Origin: Lytechinus pictus
Lineage: Eukaryota
Reading direction: 5' to 3'
Assembly (NCBI RefSeq): GCF_037042905.1
Contig: NC_087247.1
Location: forward strand, 62,248,001-62,312,000
Length of the DNA stretch: 64,000 nt
A program made the translations under genes and the position numbers. Position 1 is the first letter of the stretch. Every line of letters begins with the position of its first letter. The notes under the pieces are model-generated. The model saw only the letters and a list, made by a program, of their open reading frames with translations, made no database searches and was not told the DNA's origin. Shown here piece after piece: positions 52,001 through 60,635 of this stretch.

Positions 52001-53706
52001 CACTTCCCTTCCCATCCCTGCCCAAATAAGTGTAATCAAGAACTTGAAAATCAAAAGCAGTGATTAAGAAGAAGTAAGAATTAATCATAGAGCTATTAAT
52101 AGCTCCATGATTTAATAAATACAGGCCTAAATAGAACTTCACATGAAAGTAAAAAGAGAATAAAGCTGGGTAGGAACGATGAAGGAATATGATTTAAAGA
52201 AAAAGCATAAACATATCCCCATCACCCCCCCCCCCCAAAAAAAAAAAAAAAAAAAAAAAAACAGTCCAGCGGGTTCGAACCAGGGTCCTTGCACACGCCA
52301 AAACAATGCGCTTACGCAATACGCCATCGATCTCTTCCATACTACTTCCGGGTTTTTTTAGCTATATTAAATGTTGCAAGTCTGTGCGCCGCTGTTGACC
52401 AATCAGAACGCGTCGGCAATTCTATTGCAATTCCAATCATTTTGCGATGGACATTGCCGTGGTTTTTTGTGGTTCCTGACTTTGCTGCATCATGAAATTT
52501 CATAATTCTTTTTCAGTCGTAAAGAAGAATGTCTACGCTTTATATTGATTATAATATCAATTTGACGCAAGTGTAATTTCGGTGCAAAAATGCGCTCTGT
52601 TTATTCACATATATTTCTTGAAAAAAATCATTTTTTCTAAGCTAAATATCGGTCTTCAAAATACATTAAATGTGCATTTTATTTAGCTGATCAGAAATTT
52701 CAAAGTTTTATCTATAAAATAAGACCAATTTTGTGAGGAATAAACGATTCTAAGAGCAAAAAACACCGATCGGAAAGTTCGTCTTCACAGCTCATTACGT
52801 ATGCATAACCACGGACGGCTATGCATACCGCTGAATAAAATAGAGCACTTTCGGACGGGCTGCGGACTGACTGAAAAAGGCCATTGTGAATTGAAATAAT
52901 TAAATTTTAATCAACAATCTGCACATTTGACTAATTTGTTAAAATTTAATCACATGACTGGTCATGTTACAGCTTAATATAGCCAAAAAGAACATTTTGA
53001 TTTTGAAGAAGAAAAAGTTAGTGATTCACAGTTGCAAATTGTTTGATACTGTTCCAAGAAAGTTAAATGCCAAATCACCCTTAACAGGTGGATTGTTTTA
53101 AGCTATAATATGTAGAATTGAATAATCTCTTTCATTAAAAAAAAATATATGTATCATTCTGTTCCATTTAATTAATCCTCAGGTTCCACACTCATATATA
53201 TTTATACAACTGTAATAAAATAATGGTTCAGAATACCATTTGTCACGTAATAAAGTTAAGTCATAACTCAGAAATGAATACTGTTAAACTTACAACCATG
53301 TCAACTGATCGGATGCTGAGTTTCAAAAACTTTTACAAATGTAACTAAGTGGATGGATATTGAAAGTTAAATAATAATAATCATACATGAACTACTACTT
53401 ATAATGAAAACACTTTCCAGTACGCACCTAAAATGTAATGTACAATAACTCCAAACCACTTTGACGTCAAGCTAACACTAGGAAGTATTCAATTTTGCTC
53501 TTAATCCATCATCCATTCATACTTACATAGACTTCATTAGCTTTAAACCTCATATTTAGGTTCTCAATGAAGTTTTCTTCAGTTAAAGGCTCAAGCAAGA
53601 CACAGTCTCCAACTCCAACCATATCATCCAAGATGGTCCTGGTCTGTCCACCTAGACCATTCATCCCATTCATCTTGCCATTAGTAGTGCCATTGACAAG
53701 TGCCAT
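911..53706 (-). CDS. MYO1B: Unconventional myosin I, Myo1A/B subclass (MYO1B-like); whole gene span, 25 coding exons, 1092 aa: motor, 4 IQ, TH1 tail
   Basis: Exons joined by hand give P-loop GESGAGKT, switch I NDNSSRFGK, switch [40 protein letters not shown] motifs and a basic TH1 tail. Neck sequences [16 protein letters not shown] and [15 protein letters not shown] resemble vertebrate MYO1B. All 24 introns are GT-AG and exon lengths sum to 3279 nt. Confidence 0.93.
1061..1677. repeat. probable degenerate TIR element
   Basis: Weak inverted termini (ATCGGCGTTC and GACCGCCGACGAT); CpG-richer than flanks. Confidence 0.3.
2184..2311 (-). CDS. MYO1B: myosin I coding exon 24 ([23 protein letters not shown]...); absent from ORF track
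   Basis: KGD...IE.VTK TH1 motif; canonical splice sites. Confidence 0.9.
2737..2889 (-). CDS. MYO1B: myosin I coding exon 23 (TH1)
   Basis: [18 protein letters not shown]1 motif; AAG acceptor, GTATAT donor. Confidence 0.9.
3171..3306 (-). CDS. MYO1B: myosin I coding exon 22 (TH1/PH, PFKGDY...KKINRNNGK)
   Basis: TH1 PH-domain beta1 motif KINR. Confidence 0.93.
3925..4163 (-). CDS. MYO1B: myosin I coding exon 21 (post-IQ and TH1 start, LPSMSP...[13 protein letters not shown])
   Basis: MYO1A/B-type tail motif; canonical splice sites. Confidence 0.93.
4471..4545 (-). CDS. MYO1B: myosin I coding exon 20 ([25 protein letters not shown]); absent from ORF track
   Basis: Resembles the post-IQ segment of MYO1B; CAG acceptor, GTAAGT donor. 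Confidence 0.9.
4960..5115 (-). CDS. MYO1B: myosin I coding exon 19 (IQ3 and IQ4); absent from ORF track
   Basis: [28 protein letters not shown]...VHKFYVGWK; phase 0-0. Confidence 0.9.
5869..6018 (-). CDS. MYO1B: myosin I coding exon 18 (IQ1 and IQ2)
   Basis: VQTMYRGW and [10 protein letters not shown] motifs; TAG acceptor, GTAAGA donor. Confidence 0.93.
6329..6927. mobile_element. Kolobok-like MITE with TTAA TSD
   Basis: TTAA|AGGGGAATCCA ... TGGATTCCCCA|TTAA plus long imperfect subterminal inverted repeats (GTGAAAGTTTGAA and TTCAAACTTTCAC). Confidence 0.8.
6948..9638 (+). mobile_element. 5'-truncated non-LTR retrotransposon, L2/CR1 group (Crack/L2-like), antisense within myosin intron 17
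   Basis: APE C-terminus (PTR, LLDNIF, SDHLPV), RT motifs [35 protein letters not shown]-terminal HNTR; 3' tail AAATAAATAAATGAAT. Confidence 0.93.
6991..9379 (+). pseudogene. LINE ORF2 (endonuclease fragment plus reverse transcriptase) broken by one +1 frameshift near 7966-7969
   Basis: ORFs 6991-7995 and 7985-9379 join as ...[17 protein letters not shown] if one A of AAAA is removed. Confidence 0.88.
9853..10069 (-). CDS. MYO1B: myosin I coding exon 17 ([12 protein letters not shown]...KIFIRNPRT, converter)
   Basis: Conserved motif; canonical splice sites. Confidence 0.95.
10687..10754 (-). CDS. MYO1B: myosin I coding exon 16 (PNDFKK...QVRYLG); absent from ORF track
   Basis: Conserved motif; CAG acceptor, GTAAGT donor. 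Confidence 0.93.
10948..11120. mobile_element. small MITE with a TTAGGG-like core
   Basis: Inverted arms ACATTTGCTC.AGCGACAATTGCTCC and GGAGCAATTGTCGCCGAAGCAAATGT around TAGGGTTAG-like repeats. Confidence 0.7.
11183..11248 (-). CDS. MYO1B: myosin I coding exon 15 ([10 protein letters not shown]...YIRCIK)
   Basis: Conserved motif; TAG acceptor, GTTGGT donor. Confidence 0.93.
11902..12117 (+). mobile_element. tRNA-derived SINE, degenerate
   Basis: B-box GGTTCGATTCC, core-like GTGTCTTTTGGTAAGGCATTAAT, (CAC/CAT)n tail. Confidence 0.7.
12278..12448 (-). CDS. MYO1B: myosin I coding exon 14 ([14 protein letters not shown]...[11 protein letters not shown])
   Basis: Myosin-I loop 2 motif KRPPTAG; canonical splice sites. 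Confidence 0.95.
12643..12802. mobile_element. PIF/Harbinger-like MITE, CWG target
   Basis: TIR GGTGTTTCATAAAG and CTTTATGAAACACC between CCTGG sites; same family as 60459-60635. Confidence 0.7.
12806..13078. mobile_element. PIF/Harbinger-like MITE abutting the previous one
   Basis: TIR GGCCCCGTCTTACAAAGAGTTACGATTGATC and GATCAATCGCAACTCTTTGAAAGACGGGACC. Confidence 0.75.
13236..13430 (-). CDS. MYO1B: myosin I coding exon 13 ([14 protein letters not shown]...HYAG)
   Basis: Conserved motif; TAG acceptor, GTGAGT donor. Confidence 0.93.
14179..14918. repeat. diverged tandem duplication, unit about 361 bp
   Basis: GTAAATGATAGCATTGCCACATTT starts at 14179 and 14540; both copies end TATAAATTTATGATTTATTTG. 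Confidence 0.85.
15958..16125 (-). CDS. MYO1B: myosin I coding exon 12 (relay helix, [15 protein letters not shown])
   Basis: Conserved motif; CAG acceptor, GTGAGT donor. Confidence 0.95.
16652..16717 (-). CDS. MYO1B: myosin I coding exon 11 ([22 protein letters not shown], switch II); absent from ORF track
   Basis: DIYGFE motif; canonical splice sites. Confidence 0.95.
17716..17924 (-). CDS. MYO1B: myosin I coding exon 10 (includes TEDS site and [13 protein letters not shown])
   Basis: Conserved motif; CAG acceptor, GTAAGT donor. Confidence 0.93.
19083..20159. mobile_element. hAT-like non-autonomous element with 6-bp TSD and nested inserts
   Basis: 13-bp TIR CAGGGATGCCACT and AGTGGCATCCCTG; TATTAT on both flanks. 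Confidence 0.8.
19523..19571. mobile_element. 49-bp hairpin micro-element with 9-bp TSD (AcademH- or Mutator-type target)
   Basis: Arms TAACCCAGGAAGCTCCGGCC and GGCCGGAGCTCCCTGGGTTA; flanks CGTATCAGC and CATATCAGC. Confidence 0.7.
20441..20588 (-). CDS. MYO1B: myosin I coding exon 9 (KAMQIIGF...LKLGNIKF)
   Basis: Conserved motif; CAG acceptor, GTGGGT donor. Confidence 0.92.
22184..22290 (-). CDS. MYO1B: myosin I coding exon 8 ([14 protein letters not shown]...FAITQ)
   Basis: Phase-consistent; TAG acceptor, GTAAAT donor. Confidence 0.9.
23322..23420 (-). CDS. MYO1B: myosin I coding exon 7 (YLLEKSRV...[11 protein letters not shown])
   Basis: Conserved motor motifs; canonical splice sites. 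Confidence 0.95.
23887..23950 (-). CDS. MYO1B: myosin I coding exon 6 ([21 protein letters not shown]); absent from ORF track
   Basis: Motif typical of myosin I; TAG acceptor, GTAAGT donor. Confidence 0.95.
25400..25446 (-). CDS. MYO1B: myosin I coding exon 5 ([16 protein letters not shown], switch I); absent from ORF track
   Basis: 47-nt exon, TTTCAG acceptor, GTAAGT donor, invariant switch I motif. Confidence 0.95.
25912..26064. mobile_element. degenerate Harbinger-like MITE, CAG target
   Basis: CAG|GGGAGCGTTTCAT ... ATAAATACTCCC|CAG. Confidence 0.5.
27557..28538 (+). mobile_element. HINE-like non-autonomous Helentron, copy 1
   Basis: Subterminal IR GTCTCACCTGCAT (27579) and ATGCAGGTGAGAC (28521); five internal units of about 162 bp; (GCC/GTC)n microsatellite; 3' hairpin; A-rich insertion site. 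Confidence 0.85.
29087..29232 (+). mobile_element. tRNA-derived SINE, decayed
   Basis: Decayed A/B boxes (GGGTTTGAATCC) followed by CACTCAACCCAGG...GTAAAAGGGTAC core-like motif. Confidence 0.65.
29670..33500. mobile_element. 3831-bp non-autonomous DNA transposon, Sola2-like
   Basis: Perfect 29-bp TIR GGGTCAAAACCACTATCTCGGCGCAATTG, 4-bp TSD TATT, GRG termini; no long ORF. Confidence 0.85.
35004..35898. mobile_element. Harbinger-like MITE, CpG-rich
   Basis: TIR core CTGCACCATCCCGAGTTT and AAACTCGGGATGGTGCAG; AAT on both flanks; repeated AATCTCGAGATT palindromes. Confidence 0.8.
38121..38225 (-). CDS. MYO1B: myosin I coding exon 4 (EASKIVMQY...SNPVLE)
   Basis: Conserved LLQSNPVLE; canonical splice sites. 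Confidence 0.95.
38979..39073 (-). CDS. MYO1B: myosin I coding exon 3 (YAITDDAY...GESGAGKT, P-loop)
   Basis: P-loop motif; AAG acceptor, GTGATT donor; phase 2 to 1. Confidence 0.95.
39298..39850. mobile_element. Harbinger-like fold-back MITE, TTA TSD
   Basis: TIR TACCCTTTTTACAC and GTGTAAAAAGGGTA; internal 30-bp hairpins; repeated TAGTACGGGGTTA motif. Confidence 0.88.
40062..40547. mobile_element. hAT-like MITE with 6-bp TSD
   Basis: CAGAGCTGCCAA ... TTGGCAGGTCTG; flanks TACAAG and TAAAAG. Confidence 0.7.
42047..42797. mobile_element. Harbinger-like MITE, CTG TSD
   Basis: CTG|GGGTGTATTCTG ... CAGAATACGGCCC|CTG; many TTTGTCATA/TATGACAAA subrepeats. Confidence 0.75.
42964..43817. mobile_element. 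Harbinger-like MITE
   Basis: 21-bp TIR AGGTGGTTTCAAACCGCCTCG and CGAGGCGGTCTGAAACCACCT (1 mismatch); CpG-rich interior. Confidence 0.8.
45000..45115 (-). CDS. MYO1B: myosin I coding exon 2 ([13 protein letters not shown]...LPPH)
   Basis: CAG acceptor, GTAAGT donor, conserved motor sequence. Confidence 0.95.
45411..46203 (+). mobile_element. tRNA-like-containing element: one inverted partial unit plus tandem 334-bp units (Penelope-like architecture)
   Basis: 45421-45587 is the reverse complement of the unit; GAATTCCAG at 45591 and 45925; flanking direct repeat TCAATAAAACAA. Confidence 0.8.
45953..46026 (+). pseudogene. tRNA-like module (second copy at 45619-45692)
   Basis: Acceptor-like GAACCAG/CTGGTTC, A-box TAGCCTGGTGG, stem-loop GCTGC-CTGGAAA-GCAGT, B-box GGTTCGAATCCC, CCA then T-run; D and T stems imperfect. 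Confidence 0.65.
47448..47552. repeat. 45-bp tandem duplication
   Basis: TAGGCCATGGCCATCAAACTATTACAATATGTATGGAATGGATTC twice plus a partial copy. Confidence 0.85.
47626..48042 (+). mobile_element. Harbinger-like MITE (AAACTAGTTT family), TAA TSD
   Basis: TAA|GAGGCTGTTCTCA ... TGAGAACAGCCTC|TAA; homologous to 61713-62146 and to the inverted copy at 60383-61709. Confidence 0.88.
49495..50362. repeat. probable non-autonomous DNA element (CCGCAGC termini)
   Basis: CCGCAGC and GCTGCGGTTAA ends; shares GGTTCCTGACTTTGCT, TTGACGCAA and end sequence with 52261-52873. Confidence 0.5.
51460..51994. mobile_element. old Kolobok-like MITE
   Basis: TAAAGGAGAAGTCCAC ... GTGCACTTGACCTTTAA. Confidence 0.55.
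52261..52873 (-). repeat. repeat with tRNA-like module (52262-52335) related to 49495-50362
   Basis: Minus strand shows A-box-like TGGCGTATTGCG, B-box GGTTCGAACCC and a long T-run. Confidence 0.55.
53527..53706 (-). CDS. MYO1B: myosin I coding exon 1 (MALVNG...NEVY); exon extends into 5' UTR to acceptor at 53813
   Basis: Kozak ACCAGGATGG with in-frame upstream stops; [11 protein letters not shown] myosin-I N-terminus; donor GTAAGT at 53526. Confidence 0.9.
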
Positions 53707-53980
53707 CCTGGTGTGTAGGTTCCTCCCACAAGAACTGTATACCAGGGTTCCTCAAGGCTGCTCTTCTTCTATGCAGCTTCTGCTAAGTCTACGTTCTTTT
53801 ACTTAGTTTGTTCCTGCAAGGATTATACAAATGAAATTGAGTGATGGCAAAAGTAGCCCAGAAAAGTAGATTATTCATAAGTACATTACTACGTTCATTC
53901 TCATTCTCAAGTTGGCCAAGAAATCTATATCAGCTGCATAATTCTTTGTCTAAGCATGGGAGGTTCATGGTCTATGCATA

Positions 53981-54794
53981 GGGTGCGTTTATCCGCCACT
54001 TTTTTACCCTAGAATCATGATCTGAATCATGATTCAAATCATGATTCTGCAGAATCATGATTGCGTTTAGTCGAAATTGAATATAATCATGATTAGAATC
54101 ACAAACATGAAACACGAAAAAAGGGGCGTTTGGAAAGACGTTCCTGCAGAATCACGTACGAAAATGTTCGAATAAACGATATCGTGATTACAATCATGAT
54201 TCTATGACCTCACTGTTGTGTCGGGCTGCTGTCGGTTTGACTCTTGCCAAGCTCAAGGCGCTCTATTTGCTCATTGTATGTACATGATTATGTACTACGC
54301 ATGCATTTCTTGTCATGTTCAAGTTCTGTGTTGGTCATCGCATCGTCCACTACTTTTCATTTTTTGGTCATGTCTTCAACTTCAAGTTCTAGTAAATGAA
54401 TTAATTGGACAGACAATGATCTCAGTTGTTGTTGAGTATATAGAGTATCAATATTAAATTGGATCTACGCTGAAATTCACTTCCGAACACCATTTTGGAT
54501 AAACTAACAAGATGAATAGAAGCATATGGACCCTATATGATAAAAGTAAACAAAATGAGGTATAGATTGAATTCTGGAAGCAAAAGATTTTTCGAGAGCC
54601 GAAACACACGTGCGAAAAACTTCCTCTGTCAAACTGCGCACTAGTGATGCGCACTGGATTGGCCCGAATCTGAGGTGAAACAGCATTGGAATGAAGGTCG
54701 TCTAAACGCTGATTCTGTGATATTGTGATTCATGTTTGTGTTTTGAATCATGATTCAAATCATGATTCTGGCTTGAGGTCGCATAAACGCAGCC
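53981..54794. mobile_element. Harbinger-like MITE, ATA TSD, about 170 bp upstream of the start-exon acceptor
   Basis: ATA|GGGTGCGTTTAT ... ATAAACGCAGCC|ATA; many AATCATGATT palindromes. Confidence 0.82.
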
Positions 54795-55175
54795 ATAGAC
54801 TCATTGGATCATATTCAGTGCACATCACATGTGCATATTCCAAATGGCAGTATCGGCTAATATTAATAATTTATCAGGAACTAGGCTAATTTGGTTATTG
54901 AACTCTGCAGAGAGCAATAATACTGATATATTTCCAATTACTGTTGAAACGTCCTTCCAATAGTAAACAAAAAGACATTCGAACGTCATCCAACTCTAAA
55001 CCTTTTGTGAACATGTAAATGAGTAATAGAGATCTAGATCCCAAAGAAATAGAAGGATATCAGGCAGCTGTTACATTTTTCAATAGTCCATAAAAATTAA
55101 CTGGAGCATCTTTATGCTATGAAACAAAAATGTTTGCTTTTTATGTCATATTAAAGGCCTAGAGCTATGTTCCAC

Positions 55176-55203
55176 CAAGGAGCTTTCTGTTGAAAGCTCC
55201 TTG
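55176..55203. mobile_element. 28-bp perfect hairpin with 7-bp TSD (P-element-like remnant)
   Basis: GTTCCAC|CAAGGAGCTTTC-TGTT-GAAAGCTCCTTG|GTTCCAC. Confidence 0.7.
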
Positions 55204-56406
55204 GTTCCACTTTCTCGATCTCTTTTGGTCTACCAATGTCCACATAAAATGACATAAAGCAGTTTTAGAAACACCATCCACATATACAACTGGTACGAGA
55301 TGAAGTCTTTTTTTTGGCCTGCCATATGCGTCAGGTCCTCACCCTCGTCCACTACCAGAATTGAGAACTTCGCCACATCCATTCTGCGGTTCTCGTAAAT
55401 CATAATCGACGTGCACGTGAGTGACGTCCTTTTAACCACTCAAGCTCAGCATGAAGATCAACCTTTCCCTTCTAAAACACAGTTTTCGAAGACTTATCTC
55501 AAACTAATGTAAGTTGTACGATGCATTATCTTTATCATATTTTGAATTGCCTTCTGATCTCCAATATATGTACCGTATCGATATATATCCTAACTTGCAT
55601 AAAAAAAAGAATCAAAGCAAGTGAAAGAGCAAGTGTGCACAAGATGCACTTTCACATCACCCGAATGGGTCGCCAGGCGATGGTACGCCAGATCTTCCAG
55701 GTCAGGCAGCGTGTCATGACCCGCTGGTTATCATGCTGTTTCACGTGGACGTACGTACATGTACAAGTCGAGTGAAATCTAAAATATTCGCATCTGTAGT
55801 GAACAAGGGTAGACGACAACGCTGACTCGAACGATAAGACGACTGCGACGCCGTTCTTGTTCACTGCTCGTTCACATGATGAAACACCATGAACAACTTA
55901 TCTGGGTTTTTTTACTAATAAAAACCAACCTACATACGTAGTTGTACTTTCAATAACATGGTACCTTGGTAATGTAAACTACATGTATTCCTCCCAAAAT
56001 TATAATTTTATGAAAAATTGTTAAAGAATGTTCCTCTGCTACATGTACAGTATATAGGCCTACTCTTTTAGCTAGTTTACCATCTATTTTATCATCAAAA
56101 TACACACTAGCAAGTTTATTGGAGTCAATGAATGTGCAAACTCTGCCAATGGCAAATTGCAAATTGTTTCAATGTGATATAAATCTTGTAAATACCTCAC
56201 ATGATCAATGCAATGATGAGCTTATACACTCTGTCTGCACATGCGATGGGAAGGAAATTCATTAATAACAGTTGTGATATTTTTAGCCCCTTGGTGACCA
56301 TATCTGACAATTATAAGAGGGGACTTTAGGAGGCGAATTTCCTTGGAAAATTCCTTCATGTTGATGATAGATAATCCAAATCTCAGCAAAACATGTTTCA
56401 CTCCAG

Positions 56407-56535
56407 GGGCCCGTAACACAAAAGTTAGCAATTAATCGTAAACTTGATTTTTACGATTGATTGTACATTGTAGTCAATGGAATCAATCGTAGAAAAATGT
56501 TCTACAATCATTGCTAAGCTTTGTGTTACGGGCTC
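56407..56535. mobile_element. Harbinger-like MITE, CAG TSD
   Basis: CAG|GGGCCCGTAACACAAA ... TTTGTGTTACGGGCTC|CAG. Confidence 0.85.
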
Positions 56536-57339
56536 CAGGAAAAATCTTCAGCAAAGACAAAGCTACATCTGCACCAGAATAATTGAATTGATTGTGTTTC
56601 TTTTTGGAGTGAGTGCCATGAGCACCTGAATTGGCAGTTACCCGTGGTGTACTATTCTTCATAATTTTTGTAACAATTCGCAATTTGTGTGTAATAATTC
56701 TTATTCTTATAATGAACATTAGAGAAAAGTTTTGCCCTTGGTTTACAATCAATATATAGGTAGAAATTGAGCTCAAATTTTCATTTTTTTTATAAAATCT
56801 TCATCATAAAACAGGGAGGGGTAGAATACCCTTGACTAATCTATAATTAGATGTAGGATCTGCCAAAATACTGTCAATGATATCACACAATCAATAGGCC
56901 TACATGTACATGTATACGCATGAAAATCAATCAGTTTCACACATATGTAAAAGGTTCCTTCACCTCACCACCATATTAAGAACGCTCTTTGCGGAGATTC
57001 CCAGAGTAGATGTACTGTGAATATTAATGTAGAAATATGTCATTTATACCCTATGATTTAAAGGCATACGTATGTAGATGATCTATTCAAAAGTTGCATG
57101 CACAAGGAGAATATAAAGTACTTAGAAACTCCAAGAAGATATTTTGTACAGTAACTAAGTTTGCAATTATCAATTGCCCTTTAAAAAGTACACAGTCTAC
57201 CATTCTCATAATACCATCTATTCTGAATCAGTCATGCATTCTGCCTATCTCTCAACAGATCAGTTATATTTATCTACATGTATCACCTACAGCAAACATA
57301 TTTTTTTTTTCAAACATCAACTTTAAAAAAAAAAAATTA

Positions 57340-59164
57340 TTTGTCATGCGGACGAATTAGGTGAACTGGCGTATAGATAGATAGATAAACAGAAAAAAAT
57401 ATTTAAATAGATATTAGATTGAAAGATAGATAGACAAACAGACATACATACATGTATTCAAATAGATACATATGATAGATAATTATATATAGATGGATGG
57501 ATGGATGAATGGATGGATGGAGTGATGGATGGAGAGATAAATGATAGGTGGTTATATTAATAAAACATAGATAGACAGACAGATATTATTATGTAGAGTT
57601 AGATAGATAGATAGATAGATATGTCATGTAGGTAGATAGATAGACAGATAAATAGATAGAAAGATTTATAACATAGATAGCGGATAGATAAATGTATATC
57701 ATTAGATAGATATAATATGAAAAAAGTAATTATAATCTGTTTTATTTTGCAATATTTTAACTATTATTCATTGGAATTCTTATAAATGATCGTGCGCAAG
57801 ATAGTTTTAAAAAAAATAATGTTCACCCTCGGACTCGAACCGCTGCCCGCATGACTGAATGAGATGCAAGTCTGACGCCTAACCGATTGAGCTACAATAT
57901 TTCTCATAGACTTTACACATATGCAAAATACGAGAATCTCAAATCTAATTTCGCAAGTGAAATACAGGCATGATCCCGGCATCTGATCGGAAAATGAAGG
58001 CAACACTACCGAAAGCATAGAATCTCAGCTACAACATACTAAAAGCTCAGGGAAAACTGACAAATAAAAATGGAGATATGGCTCATGAAATAGAGGAATG
58101 TAGTATCAAGTTTTGAGAAAAAGTCATGTCCCGTAGAGATTACGCGCAAAATGAGTAAAAATGACATGCCTTTATTATTTGCAATTTTTCAGGATGATCC
58201 GTTTATTAAAATGAAAAATGAAGGCAATAATTCAGAAAGAGTAAGACCTAAGCTACAACATATCCAAAATTGGGCGAAAATTGATCAATATTCACGGAGT
58301 TAGAGCCAAATTTGCATAATTATAATGACGTCATAACACGCAAAATGGATATTTTTACTTCCAACGCCATTTTGATGACGTCATAATATACGTTAGGGTC
58401 CAATGAGACATGAAATCATATATGATTCCTACTCTATCGAAATATGAAAAAAAAATGGGTGTCCCGTTCGTTTTGAAGAGCTACAGTGAATTTTTAATAG
58501 GCATGTTTTTGCCCATATAGAGCCTATGGTAAGAGCTCGCGCGAACGCGTGCTGCAAAGTTTAATGGGTGCTCATTCCCTCATTAATGATCGTAGAGAGC
58601 TGATCTAGGTATCAATTTGATCAGAATTATATCAATAATAAATATGCATAGAAAAACAGCAAATTTATGCTGCGTAATACCGTTACGCACGAAAATGCGG
58701 GCATGTATGTGCGCGTGCGCAAAATGTTGAAATGCTTAAAATGACCTGAAACGTACCCAAATTTTTTATAGGCCATTTTGATAATTTTTTTAGTTTTGAC
58801 GCGCATGTACAGGCGCGTCATGACCTTTACATGACATTTGATGACATTGATAGTTGACCTTTGACCTAAAGTTAATTTGATGTAAATATGATTGACTATT
58901 GATTATCCGTTATCTAGATATGATCAAATTAAGAATTTTACAAAATGGCGCGTTGATGATGTCATCATGACCAGATGACCTTGAAAAGCTTAGTATGCCG
59001 TCTCTATGATAGACTCTATATATGACAGAAAAATCAGCCAAATTGATACAGCCGATTCAGAATAAAGTTGGCGACAAACATTGATGCGAATAATAAATAA
59101 ATAAAGAAATAAAGAAAATTCTGACGAAATTAAGAGGTGATCTGTCATAGACAGACCACCTAAA
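57340..59164 (+). mobile_element. composite HINE-like element with (GATA)n/(GGAT)n microsatellite and an antisense tRNA-like module (57821-57902)
   Basis: 5' TAGGTGAACTG versus 3' hairpin AGGTGATCTGTC-ata-GACAGACCACCT; (AATA)n before the hairpin; TGACCTTTGACCT at 58855; minus-strand A-box TAGCTCAATCGG and B-box GGTTCGAGTCC. Confidence 0.6.
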
Positions 59165-60458
59165 TATCACAACAGAAAATGGGTATTACATGGCATTACA
59201 AAAATAACTTACCAACCAAAATGGCAGGCCCTAAAAATAAATTTACAGATGATTTCTCAACTTTCTTCAAAGTTCATTCAGCTAGAGTGAATTACTCAAA
59301 TGCAATTTTGGCAGATATTTTGAGTCCTTCATTATACACTGAAAAGGAACCAAAGGCTCTGTCTCCAAACTATCCATAAAAACTAGATCATCCGAGAAAA
59401 GTTATTGTCAACTAGTCAATAATAATCTACTTATGAACTACCGCAGTATGAAGCTTCCCATTTAATTCACAGACAGAATAGATCCACTGTAGAGCTCCTA
59501 CTGAGACACCCGCCACTTATAAACATTAGAGAGAGAATGAAACGGTCGAAGAGTGAGCAAATGATTCAGGTTATATCTTTTCATGGGTAGTTGAGGGAGG
59601 TAGATTAACACAATAGACATCCACATACCTTCCTATTCAAGAGGTTAGGGATTACTGCCCGATAAATCATCCAGCCACAGAGCTCTGTGAATAACGAGTG
59701 CACACTGATACTGGTGTGCATGAGGGCGGTGCTGAACACTGGCTCACGTATGGAACAGTGGCTCAGAACATCCATAGGCAGGGATTTACGCACACAATTC
59801 TTTTTGATAAGCTCAATATCAAATCAACCTGACACCCGATTGATCATATCTCTGTGTTAAATCATATTTCTTTATACAGGAACAGGACTAAAAAATGCAA
59901 TGCCGATTGCTTAGGACATGCTAACAAATTTACAATTTATTTCCAATTGGTTGATGACTTTTGAGAAGTTTCCAAATATGCATTTATATCAAAGAAGTAA
60001 ACCATCATATCCCTCTTTTTATATTCTATTAATCTATTAAGATTGACTCCTGAGTCCTGACAAAAATATGAAAGATGTACGTATTCATAAAATACTTGAA
60101 ATAGTCTCTTCTCACCTTGAGACTTCTAAAAACTCATAAAAGATGATTTGTGTATTGAACGTAGATGTATTTATAAACGACTTAAGTCTGATCACTTGCT
60201 GTCACCCTTGCAAAACATTCATTTCATACCCAAGTTATCTTTCCTTTCAATAGTGATACTTTTTACATAGTAGGTCCATCAAAAAATAAATCCAGATTCA
60301 TATTTTTGCTAATTGCTTTGACCTTTACAGCACTCAGCTGTGGAAATCTTATTTTGTTCGGGTCCACAAATAACTGTAAGATAGACCTAGTTTAGTGGAA
60401 ACTAGTTTAATGTGTAATGAAAAGTCAAAGCAGTCTTGGAAGCGATCTTCCAAACCTG

Positions 60459-60635
60459 GGGGCCATTTCATAAAGCAGTTTGTAAGTTAAGAGCGACTTT
60501 AAAAATGACTGGTGAACCACATGCTAATTAATCACCAATGAACATTTAATAGTGATTATCATTTAGCACAAGAACGGATCACCAGTCGTTCTTAAAGTCG
60601 ATCTTAACTTAAGAACTGCTTTATGAAACACCCAC
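60459..60635. mobile_element. nested Harbinger-like MITE, CWG target
   Basis: TTTCATAAAGCAGTT and AACTGCTTTATGAAA arms; CTG and CAG flanks. Confidence 0.8.
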
